From the IMG/VR virus record IMGVR_UViG_3300044941_000515, positions 1 to 36,821 of that record: 36,821 nucleotides of DNA; one strand, 5' to 3'. The position numbers and the translations under genes are program-made. The notes below the pieces were generated by a model. That model was not told the origin of the DNA, did no database searches, and worked only from the letters and a program-made list of their open reading frames with translations. Below are positions 18,194 to 25,676 of the stretch, piece by piece. This stretch comes from a virus (lineage: Duplodnaviria; Caudoviricetes). The stretch's first letter is position 1. The number at the start of each line of letters is the position of its first letter.

Positions 18194-19117
18194 GGACAAC
18201 TCCGTGGGGGGTGGGAGCGCAAGGCGCGCGGGTAATGCGAGCGGTGGGTTGGAACCGGGCGGACGCCCGCGCCTGCCGAGGGCGGTGGCGAAGTCGGCGA
18301 GGGTGGCGTCGAGCGACGCGACGCCATCGGCGAGGCCCGCAGCGAGCGCGTCCTCGCCGAAGAACAGCGCCGCTTCGGTCGCGCGCACGGCGTTGGCGTC
18401 GAGGCCGCGCATGGCGGCGACGTGCGCGACGAACAGGGCGTAGAGGCGATCGATTTCGGATTGCAGCGCGTCGGTCGCCTGCGGCGTCAGCGGCGCGTGT
18501 GGGGTGGCGTCGTTCTTGTGTGCGCCGGCATACAGCGCGGTCACGCTGAGACCGTTCTGCGCGTTGCGCACCGACTGGTCGATGTGCAGCGCGATCACGC
18601 CGATCGAGCCGACGCCGCCGGTGGTCGCGAGCGTCACGCGCTGCGCAGCGCAAGCGAGCGCATAGCCGGCGGAGAACGCGCTGTCGCCGGCATGCGCCCA
18701 CACCGGCTTTCGTGCGCTCGCCTCACGAATGCGTGCGCCCAACTCGAACACGCCGCCGGCTTCACCGCCGGGCGAGTCGATATCGAGCAGGATGCCCGCG
18801 ACCTCCGGGGCCGCGAGCGCCGCGTCGAGATCGGCCGCAATGCGCGTGTAGGACGTGAGGCCCGACATCGCATCGAGTCCGATCGCGCGGCGCACCAGCG
18901 TGCCGTGGATCGGAATGATCGCGATGCCGGGCGCCGTCGGCACGGGGTCCGACGCCATCGGCGCGTCCGCCGGCAGCACGAGTCCGATGGAAGCCGTCTC
19001 GATCGGTGCCAGACCGATGCGCGGACCGAGCACGGCGAGAATCGTGTCGAGTTTGGCGCGCGCGATCAGCAGCGGCGTCCCGTAGAGACGGGACGCCAGG
19101 TGGACGAGAGCAGTCAT
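17834..19117 (-). CDS. Prohead protease, S49 family (gpC-like)
   Basis: Start MTALVHLASRLYGTPLL is coupled to the portal stop. LDIDSPGGEAGG, AFSAGYALA and GSIGV motifs. Confidence 0.93.
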   Translation of the reverse strand: MTALVHLASRLYGTPLLIARAKLDTILAVLGPRIGLAPIETASIGLVLPADAPMASDPVPTAPGIAIIPIHGTLVRRAIGLDAMSGLTSYTRIAADLDAALAAPEVAGILLDIDSPGGEAGGVFELGARIREASARKPVWAHAGDSAFSAGYALACAAQRVTLATTGGVGSIGVIALHIDQSVRNAQNGLSVTALYAGAHKNDATPHAPLTPQATDALQSEIDRLYALFVAHVAAMRGLDANAVRATEAALFFGEDALAAGLADGVASLDATLADFATALGRRGRPPGSNPPLALPARLALPPPTELSMTESTATAPAPSTPPAAPAPAAVPAPTASVAPPSTDPQAEAVAIAELCLLAGCPERTTEFLAARMSAAQVRQVLLQARADQVEIASHHLANAAPAAATTTNPVLDAVRKRIASTTPQGA

Positions 19118-20598
19118 CAATTCGCCTGGGAAGAAGGAGTCGCCGCCGCTTGCGCGGGGTGGTCGTAACGGGGATCGGAGTCGAAGCGCAGGCCGAGCGC
19201 GTCGGCGCGTGCGTTGTCGGCGGCGATCTCGCGGTCGATGTCCTCGGCGTCGTAGCCGAAGCTGGAGATCGCTTCCGAGCGCGACAGCAGGCCGCCGCGG
19301 ATCGCCGCGATCATCGCGTCGAACTCCTTCTTCGGATCGACCCACTGCCAGCCCTGCGCGATCCACTTCACCGCGAGGTATTGGCGACGACGCGCGATGC
19401 CGCCGCGCGCGTAACCGGGCAGTACCAGCGCGCCTTCGAGCACGGCCTGCGTCATCCACGCGCGCCACAGCGGGCGGCACAATTGATGCACGATCACGCC
19501 GTGCTGGATCGCCTCGCAGCGGCGCCGGAATTCCAGCAGGCCGGCACGGATGGAGGAGTAATTCACCTGCGTCAGATCGCCGGTGAGCATCTCGTAGGTG
19601 ATGCCCATCGCCGCGGCGACGGCGCGGAACTGTTGGCGCATGAACTCCGCGTAGCTCGAGCCCACGTCCGCCGGCTGCGAGAACTTCACGTCCTCGCCCG
19701 GCTCCAGGAACTGCATCGTCCCCGGCTCCAGGCTCGCCATCGCGACGCCCTGCGCATCGGCTTCGCCTTCGCCGAGCAAGGGGTCTTCCGGGCCGCCGCG
19801 GGTGATGAAGCCCGCGAACATCGCCGCGGTCTTCTTGCGCACCAGCTCTGCATCGTCGTACTGGTCGAGTTCGTGCAGCTTCACCAGCGCCCGCGCCAGC
19901 CACGGCTCGCCGCGAATCTGACCGGGGCGCAACGGGCGGAACAGGTGCAGGATTTCGTTCGCCGGCACACGCACCGTGTCCAGGCCACCGTGCGCGGACA
20001 TCGGCGCGAGCATCCCGTCGCCGGGATGGCTCTTGTAGAGGTGGTAGGCGACGCGCACACCGATGCCGTTGAACTCGATGCCGGCGCGGATCACGTTGCC
20101 GTTGGGCAGTTCGCGGTTCAGCGTCGCCGGAAGGTGTTCGGGTTCGAGCAGTTGCAGTTGCAGGCCGACCGACAGCCGATCCTCCGGCCGCCGGTAGCGC
20201 AGCCGCACCAGGCACTCGCCCCCTTCGAGCATCGCCCGGCAGGCCAAGCCCTGCAGCCCGTACAGATCCGTCAGCCCGGCGGCATCCGCCTCCTCGCACC
20301 AGTCGCGCCATAGCGCCTGCACCGCCTCGCGCTGGGCGAGATCGGCGAGCATCGACTGCGGCTTGATCCCGGTGCCGATGGCGTTGGCGACGAAGGCTTC
20401 GACGCCGGTCGCCGCCCAGGCGTTGCGACGCACCAGGTCGCGGCTCTTGGCGCGCAACTCGTCCTGCGCGTAGGCGAGCGCCGCGACCGCGCCGGGATTG
20501 CCGACCTGCCAGAAGCGCGCACGACGTCCGCCGCCGACGCCATCGTAGGTGGGCGACGCGCCGAACATCCGGGCGCGCAGCCGCGACCACCAGCTCAT
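19117..20598 (-). CDS. Portal protein, lambda family
   Basis: LRAKSRDLVRRN, RPGQIRGEPW, TGDLTQVNYSSIRAG and WVDPKKE motifs; start MSWWSRL. Confidence 0.95.
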   Translation of the reverse strand: MSWWSRLRARMFGASPTYDGVGGGRRARFWQVGNPGAVAALAYAQDELRAKSRDLVRRNAWAATGVEAFVANAIGTGIKPQSMLADLAQREAVQALWRDWCEEADAAGLTDLYGLQGLACRAMLEGGECLVRLRYRRPEDRLSVGLQLQLLEPEHLPATLNRELPNGNVIRAGIEFNGIGVRVAYHLYKSHPGDGMLAPMSAHGGLDTVRVPANEILHLFRPLRPGQIRGEPWLARALVKLHELDQYDDAELVRKKTAAMFAGFITRGGPEDPLLGEGEADAQGVAMASLEPGTMQFLEPGEDVKFSQPADVGSSYAEFMRQQFRAVAAAMGITYEMLTGDLTQVNYSSIRAGLLEFRRRCEAIQHGVIVHQLCRPLWRAWMTQAVLEGALVLPGYARGGIARRRQYLAVKWIAQGWQWVDPKKEFDAMIAAIRGGLLSRSEAISSFGYDAEDIDREIAADNARADALGLRFDSDPRYDHPAQAAATPSSQAN

Positions 20599-20602
20599 GC
20601 GA

Positions 20603-20824
20603 TCACGTGCCCTTGTCGGTGTTGACGACGACACGGCGCGGGCGACGACGCGCAGTCCCTGCCGCAACCGCCTGCTCTTCGAGACCGCGTCGCACGACGC
20701 CGATGGCCGCGATCAGGTCATCGACCGAGCGGTACTCGACGGTGCGGTCGCCGAAGGTGACGCGCTGCTCGCCGGTCGTGAGCGCGCGTTCGAGCGCCGC
20801 GAGGTGTTCGGGGGTGTAGGCCAT
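20603..20824 (-). CDS. Head completion protein, gpW-like
   Basis: 73 aa, LERALTTGEQRVTFGDRTVEYRS; lies between TerL and portal. Confidence 0.88.
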   Translation of the reverse strand: MAYTPEHLAALERALTTGEQRVTFGDRTVEYRSVDDLIAAIGVVRRGLEEQAVAAGTARRRPRRVVVNTDKGT

Positions 20825-20845
20825 GCGGTGTTGACTCGATGGAGT

Positions 20846-22807
20846 TCAGCGGTGGAGCCAGCGGCTCTTGACCACACGCCGACGATTCGGGCGCGTAGAT
20901 GCGGAAAGGCCACCGTTGTCGGTGGCCTCCTCGGGTCCGGTGGCGGTGGCGATGGGCGGTGGATCGTTCGTCCGGGCAATGCCGAGCGAGCGTTCCAGTT
21001 CGCGCCAGTGACGATCCTCGAAACGGTCCAGCCCGGCCGCCGCCGCTGCGGCGCGCGCGTACACGTAGCAATCGAGCGCCTCGTTGCGCTCGCGCAGCTT
21101 CTGCCACTCGCGGACCGCATAACCGCTCCGGTCCCGTCGCGTGATCAACTGCTCCGCGCACAACTGCTGCAGGAACTCGGCGTCGACCTTCGGCAGGTGG
21201 ATGTAGCCCGCCGGATACACCGGCGTCAGGCCGTCCTCCGCCACGTCGGCGTGCAGGCGCAGGTGCTGGTACAGCGCCTGCTTGGCGATGCCGACCACCA
21301 CCGTGTACACCTTCACGCCGCGGCGCAGCTTCTTGCCGGCGACGGTGACGTCCACCGCCGTCGGCGTCCCGATCAGCGCCGCGCCGCGTGCCGCGCCCTT
21401 GACCGCCATGACCCGGCTGTCACGGCAGGCGCGCACAAAGGCATACACGGCCTGCGTCGCGAAGCCGGTATCGATGGCGAAGCGCGCCAGCGGCAACTGC
21501 GCGCCACCCGCGTGCGTCCAGGTCTCCGCGAGCAGTGCGCGCAACTGCGTCCACACCGCGTCGCGCGCGGTATCGCCCATCAACACGCGGTGCTCGACCA
21601 GCCACGCCGTCTTGCCCCGACCGAAGGCCCACACCGAGACTTCGATGCGGTCCTTCTGCACGTCCGCGCCGCCGACCAGCAGCAGGCCGCCGCGCGGCAC
21701 GCTGCCGATCCGGTAGTCCTCGCGCCGTTCCAGCAACTGCTGCCAGTCCGGCGCCTCGCCCTCCTCGACCCAGGTCTCGCCCAGTTCGGTGTTCTTGAAG
21801 GTCTTGATCGCCGACGCCGAGCCGGTGACCTTGTCGATCGCGCTCTCCCACGCCGCGGCGATCTCGCGCCAACTGCGCCAGCCCACCGGGCTGTACAACG
21901 ACGACAGGTGAAACCCGGCGGTCCGGCCGTTGCCCGGTGCGGTCGCCCGCCACTGGCCGTGTTCGAGCATCCACGTCTTGTGGTGCTCGGCGATCGGCTG
22001 CTCGCACGACTTGCAGACATAGGTCGCCGTCTCCGGTCGGCCGCGCTCCCAGCGCAATTGCTCGAATCGGAACCACTGCGCATGCGCGCAGTGCGGGCAC
22101 GGCACGAAGTAGCGTCGTTGATCGCTCGCTTCGTACTCGCGCTCGATGCTGCTGGCGCCCGCAATCGTCGGCGTCGAAACGATGAAGATCTTGCGGCGGG
22201 TGAAGGTGCGCGTGCGCGCCTCCGCCAGCGAGATCGCATCGCCTTCGCCCTCGACATCGAGCGGATAGCCGTCGACCTCGTCGAGAAACAGATATCGCAC
22301 CGGCATCGAGCGCAAACCGACCGCGCTGTTGGCGCCGGTCATCACCAGCACGCCGCCGCGGAACTCCTTGGCGAGGATGGTGTTGCCCGCATCCCGCGAG
22401 CGCGCCGGTGCGATCAACGCCGCCAGCACCGGCGACTCCTCGATCAGCGGATCGATCCGCTGTTTCGAGTTGCGCTTGGCCATTTCCACGGTCGGCCACA
22501 CCGCCATCATCGGGCCCGGCGCGTGGTGGATCACGTAGCCGATCCAGCAACTGCCGCACTCGGTACCGCCGACCTGCGCGCCCTTCATGAAGACCACGCG
22601 CTCGATCGGCGAAACCGGCGAGAGACAGTCCATGATCTCGCGCAAGTACGGCGTGCGCGTGGTGCGCCAGCGGCCGGGTTCGGCCGAGGCCTTGCTCGAC
22701 AGTATCCGGTGCTGGTCGGCCCAGGTGGAGACCGACAGCAGCGGATCGGGGGTCAGGCCCTCGTGCCAGGCGCGCTCGATCTCGTGCGCGCCTTCGTAAT
22801 CGAGCAT
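20846..22807 (-). CDS. Terminase large subunit, lambda gpA family
   Basis: RTPYLREIMD, Walker A-like KGAQVGGTE, Walker B YLFLDEVD, CPHC/CKSC Zn motif and RNEALDC. Confidence 0.96.
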   Translation of the reverse strand: MLDYEGAHEIERAWHEGLTPDPLLSVSTWADQHRILSSKASAEPGRWRTTRTPYLREIMDCLSPVSPIERVVFMKGAQVGGTECGSCWIGYVIHHAPGPMMAVWPTVEMAKRNSKQRIDPLIEESPVLAALIAPARSRDAGNTILAKEFRGGVLVMTGANSAVGLRSMPVRYLFLDEVDGYPLDVEGEGDAISLAEARTRTFTRRKIFIVSTPTIAGASSIEREYEASDQRRYFVPCPHCAHAQWFRFEQLRWERGRPETATYVCKSCEQPIAEHHKTWMLEHGQWRATAPGNGRTAGFHLSSLYSPVGWRSWREIAAAWESAIDKVTGSASAIKTFKNTELGETWVEEGEAPDWQQLLERREDYRIGSVPRGGLLLVGGADVQKDRIEVSVWAFGRGKTAWLVEHRVLMGDTARDAVWTQLRALLAETWTHAGGAQLPLARFAIDTGFATQAVYAFVRACRDSRVMAVKGAARGAALIGTPTAVDVTVAGKKLRRGVKVYTVVVGIAKQALYQHLRLHADVAEDGLTPVYPAGYIHLPKVDAEFLQQLCAEQLITRRDRSGYAVREWQKLRERNEALDCYVYARAAAAAAGLDRFEDRHWRELERSLGIARTNDPPPIATATGPEEATDNGGLSASTRPNRRRVVKSRWLHR

Positions 22808-22841
22808 GCCTGAATCCGGTGAAATGATGGCGTTCGCCGCG

Positions 22842-22872
22842 CTTGGCTTCTGTGCGGAACAGCGCGTTCATG
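22842..22872 (+). promoter_or_regulatory. Repeated 31-bp upstream motif, copy 4
   Basis: CTTGGCTTC-TGTGCG-GAACAGCGCGTTCATG, 35 nt upstream of the ATG at 22908. Confidence 0.8.
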
Positions 22873-22907
22873 CGGTCCCCGGCCAGACGGCCATCGAGGA
22901 CACCGCC

Positions 22908-23234
22908 ATGCACGACGCGCTCCACACCGATCTCCTGCTCGTCCGCCAGCGCATCGAGTCGCTGTACGACGCTTATCCCGACGACGAGGAGTTCCAGAAC
23001 GGCCTGAACTTCGCGGTCAGCGGCATCGAGCAGGCGCTCGGCGCGGCCGGCGGCGAACCCGACGCCGTCCTGCACCCCGGCGACCACCTCGACGGCATCG
23101 AGAGCCTGCTCGCCGAAATGCACATCCGCCTCGAAACGCGCAGCGAGGAGGCCAACGATGACCCCGCGCAGCACGGGCGCCTCGCCATGATCGAGCACCT
23201 CCTGCAACAGGCCTGCGCGCTGCTCGTGGGCTAA
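22908..23234 (+). CDS. Acidic helical hypothetical protein inserted antisense between terS and terL
   Basis: GAGGA RBS before ATG 22908; 108 aa with 21 Asp/Glu versus 5 Arg and no Lys. Confidence 0.75.
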   Translation: MHDALHTDLLLVRQRIESLYDAYPDDEEFQNGLNFAVSGIEQALGAAGGEPDAVLHPGDHLDGIESLLAEMHIRLETRSEEANDDPAQHGRLAMIEHLLQQACALLVG

Positions 23235-23782
23235 TTCACCTTCACGCGCACTTCGCCCAACTCGGCGAGGTGCGCGCGGACCGCCGCTTCCAACGCCAGA
23301 TGCATCGCATGCGGATCGACCGCGAGCGTCGCCGCCATCTGCGCCGACACCCGCGCGGGCCAGTTCAACCACGCATCGCGCTCGTCGCGCGCCAGCTTGA
23401 ACACATGCGCCACGACCTGCGAACGCTCGACCAGTTCGCCCTTCAGGCGCGCGAGGCGCACCTTGTTGGTCTGCGCTTTCACCACCTCGTTGACGGTGCG
23501 CGCCTGCAACAGCGAGGCACCGCCCGCCGGCAGCGTCGCCGTGCCCGCGTCGCGACCCGTGTCGCGCCCGATGTCGGCCGCCTCCGGCACCGTCACGCGC
23601 GGTGCGCGCGCCTGCGTGCCGCTGCGTGCCGGCGCGGAATTGCGCGCCCACTCCGCATCGGCCTTCGCCGCATCGATGGTGCCGTCGGCCTCCGGCGCGA
23701 TGCGCCCGGCCCGGATCGCCTTGTGGACCGCGGTGTCGGTAACGCCGCGATGGCGCGCATACGCGCGGATCGAAATTCCCAT
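23231..23782 (-). CDS. Terminase small subunit (Nu1-like)
   Basis: N-terminal wHTH MGISIRAYARHRGVTDTAVHKAI, coiled coil LARLKGELV and RDAWLNWPAR; upstream of TerL. Confidence 0.8.
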   Translation of the reverse strand: MGISIRAYARHRGVTDTAVHKAIRAGRIAPEADGTIDAAKADAEWARNSAPARSGTQARAPRVTVPEAADIGRDTGRDAGTATLPAGGASLLQARTVNEVVKAQTNKVRLARLKGELVERSQVVAHVFKLARDERDAWLNWPARVSAQMAATLAVDPHAMHLALEAAVRAHLAELGEVRVKVN

Positions 23783-23801
23783 CCGAATGTTTGATTGACG
23801 A

Positions 23802-23832
23802 GTTGACTTTCGGCGCGAACAGCGCGCCAGGC
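23802..23832 (+). promoter_or_regulatory. Degenerate copy of the repeated motif (copy 5)
   Basis: GTTGACTTT-CGGCGC-GAACAGCGCGCCAGG: same spacing, TTGACT instead of TTGGCT, right half-site lost. Confidence 0.5.
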
Positions 23833-23882
23833 GACGGCTTCCCGTCCGTTGGCTTAACACCACTCGCATGCGCGACATCGGG

Positions 23883-23913
23883 CTTGGCTTCGGTGGGGAA
23901 CAGCGCGTTCATC
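23883..23913 (+). promoter_or_regulatory. Repeated 31-bp upstream motif, copy 6
   Basis: CTTGGCTTC-GGTGGG-GAACAGCGCGTTCATC, followed by an A/C-rich leader, AGGAG and ATG 23962. Confidence 0.8.
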
Positions 23914-23961
23914 ACGCCGCGCCAACCACATCCCACACCACACGCAAACAGGAGCACCGCA

Positions 23962-24540
23962 ATGAACACCGCCGCCACCGCCAAGCCGATCACGCTCAAC
24001 GACAATCAGATCGCCGTGCTGACTCACGCCATCGACCACACGCAGGGCAAGGTCGAATGGTTCCCCGACACCATCAAGGGCGGCGCGCGCAAGAAGGTCA
24101 TCGAGGGCCTCTTCACCCGCGCGATGATCATCGGCAGCAACGGCGACTGGATCGTCACCGACGCCGCCTACGAGGCGCTGGGCCGCCCGCGCCCCGACCA
24201 GACCGCCGCCACCGAAACGGCGACGCCGGCCGGCAAGAAGGCCACGAAGGCCGCACGCAAGGCCAAGGCCGCGCCGAAGACCGAAGCCTCGGGAGAAGGC
24301 GAACAGGCCGCGCCGCGCACCCGCGAGAACAGCAAGCAGGCGCAGGTGATCGCGATGCTCAAGCGACCCGAGGGCGCCACCATCGCGCAGATCTGCGAAG
24401 CGACGAACTGGCAGGCTCACACGGTGCGCGGCACCTTCGCCGGGGCCTTCAAGAAGAAGCTCGGTCTGACCGTCACCTCCGACAAGGCCGAAGGCGGCGT
24501 GCGCGTCTACCGCATCGTCGAGGCCGCGCCGACGGCGTGA
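23962..24540 (+). CDS. DUF3489 domain protein (winged-helix-like, putative DNA-binding)
   Basis: C-terminal RENSKQAQVIAMLKRPEGATIAQICEATNWQAHTVRG...KKKLGL...RVYRI signature; strong RBS. Confidence 0.9.
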   Translation: MNTAATAKPITLNDNQIAVLTHAIDHTQGKVEWFPDTIKGGARKKVIEGLFTRAMIIGSNGDWIVTDAAYEALGRPRPDQTAATETATPAGKKATKAARKAKAAPKTEASGEGEQAAPRTRENSKQAQVIAMLKRPEGATIAQICEATNWQAHTVRGTFAGAFKKKLGLTVTSDKAEGGVRVYRIVEAAPTA

Positions 24541-24563
24541 TGTCGCAGCGCAACGCAGCCTGA

Positions 24564-24593
24564 CGCAATGCCGCGCCGATGCGCGGCATTGCG
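24564..24593. terminator. Perfect 13-bp hairpin after the DUF3489 gene
   Basis: CGCAATGCCGCGC-CGAT-GCGCGGCATTGCG; no U-tract, so terminator function is uncertain. Confidence 0.45.
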
Positions 24594-24661
24594 CACCGAC
24601 AATCGATGCGCGACGCACCTCGCGAAAGAGCAAAAAACAAGCCGAAAAGCGCGATCTTTCG

Positions 24662-24692
24662 CTTGGCTTCCATCGCGAACAGCGCGTTCATG
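24662..24692 (+). promoter_or_regulatory. Repeated 31-bp upstream motif, copy 7
   Basis: CTTGGCTTC-CATCGC-GAACAGCGCGTTCATG, preceded by A-tracts and followed by a CACACACCACAC leader. Confidence 0.8.
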
Positions 24693-24725
24693 TCCGCACA
24701 CACACCACACGACAGACCGCACAGC

Positions 24726-25103
24726 ATGAGCACGAACACGAACACCGCCATCCCCGCCACGCAAAACGAAAGCTGGGGTTTCTGGGGCACGATGCACGGC
24801 TACGCCAGCGTCGCATGGCCGCTCGCCATGACCGCCATCGCCGAGGCCACTGGCGAGTCGCTGGAGGATGTGCGCGCCTTTCTCGACAGCAAAGCCGGAC
24901 GGCACTTCGCCGATGAAGTCTGCGGCCATCAGTACCACGGTCAGGCGCTGCCCGATGCGATCACGACCACCGTCGCGGCATGGATGCGCATGACCATCAA
25001 GCGGCGCACCGCCATCGACTACGGCATCCCGCAGGGATTGCCCTACCTCACCGGTTTCGTGATTCACGCCGCGATCCACGACGAGACCGCCGAGCGCGGT
25101 TGA
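24726..25103 (+). CDS. Hypothetical phage protein
   Basis: 125 aa from MSTNTNT; WGFWGTM, FLDSKAGRHFADEV and YGIPQGLPYLTGFV motifs. Confidence 0.8.
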   Translation: MSTNTNTAIPATQNESWGFWGTMHGYASVAWPLAMTAIAEATGESLEDVRAFLDSKAGRHFADEVCGHQYHGQALPDAITTTVAAWMRMTIKRRTAIDYGIPQGLPYLTGFVIHAAIHDETAERG

Positions 25104-25150
25104 CCGCGCCTCGACGATTGAACCCTCACCCACCACCACTGGAGTTTCCG

Positions 25151-25369
25151 ATGTCCTCCTCGATCGATTTCTACCTCAAGCAACTCGCGCCGCTGGTCGG
25201 CGGCACCATCACCGCACTCGCCCGCAGCGGCGCCAGCGACGATCCCCTCGACGAAGAGTTGTACGGTTTCGTCGTCAAGTGCCGCGACGGCAAGGAACGC
25301 ACGCTCATCCTGCTCAGCGACGACGAGGGCAACGGCCCCGGCAGCTTCATGTTCAACGAAGACGCCTGA
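25151..25369 (+). CDS. Small acidic hypothetical protein
   Basis: GGAG RBS before ATG 25151; 72 aa ending SDDEGNGPGSFMFNEDA. Confidence 0.75.
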   Translation: MSSSIDFYLKQLAPLVGGTITALARSGASDDPLDEELYGFVVKCRDGKERTLILLSDDEGNGPGSFMFNEDA

Positions 25370-25427
25370 CCGCACCGGGATCAGGCCGCGCCCGGTCCCT
25401 TCCTCGAACGCCACCACGGAGCAGGCC

Positions 25428-25613
25428 ATGCACGAATGGCAGATCCACGTCACCGGCGTCGGCTGCATCGGCACCGTCCACGAACGCAACGACACCCTCG
25501 CGCGCTGCGCCGCCCTCAGCCGGTACGGCGAGGACGGGCCGCGCGCGAACGCCGATGCACGCATGTCGAAACGCATCTACGAAGACGACGACTTCAGCGT
25601 CGCGAAGCTATGA
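25428..25613 (+). CDS. Small hypothetical protein
   Basis: 61 aa with GGAG RBS; co-oriented with the upstream cluster. Confidence 0.65.
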   Translation: MHEWQIHVTGVGCIGTVHERNDTLARCAALSRYGEDGPRANADARMSKRIYEDDDFSVAKL

Positions 25614-25635
25614 CGCATCCACCGAACGGCCCCTC

Positions 25636-25664
25636 TGCGGGATCGGGCATCGCCCGGTCCCGCA
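25636..25664. terminator. Hairpin between convergent genes
   Basis: TGCGGGATCGGGC-ATC-GCCCGGTCCCGCA (13-bp stem, one G-U pair). Confidence 0.45.
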
Positions 25665-25676
25665 TTGCGCACCACC

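Noticed and set aside
17834-20590. 918-aa ORF as a giant protease, and similar long N-terminal extensions (5343..7733, 7978..9771, 26813..28870, 28060..29847)
   Set aside because: The extensions overlap upstream genes in other frames and are low-complexity Arg/Ala text. Coupled internal ATGs give normal-sized proteins.
24662-24692. The motif as a sigma-54 or sigma-32 promoter, or a classical LexA box
   Set aside because: There is no conserved GC 10 nt after the GG, the CTTG-to-CAT distance (23 nt) is too long for sigma-32, and the palindrome spacer is N5 rather than the N4 of the Gram-positive SOS box. The cognate factor remains unknown.
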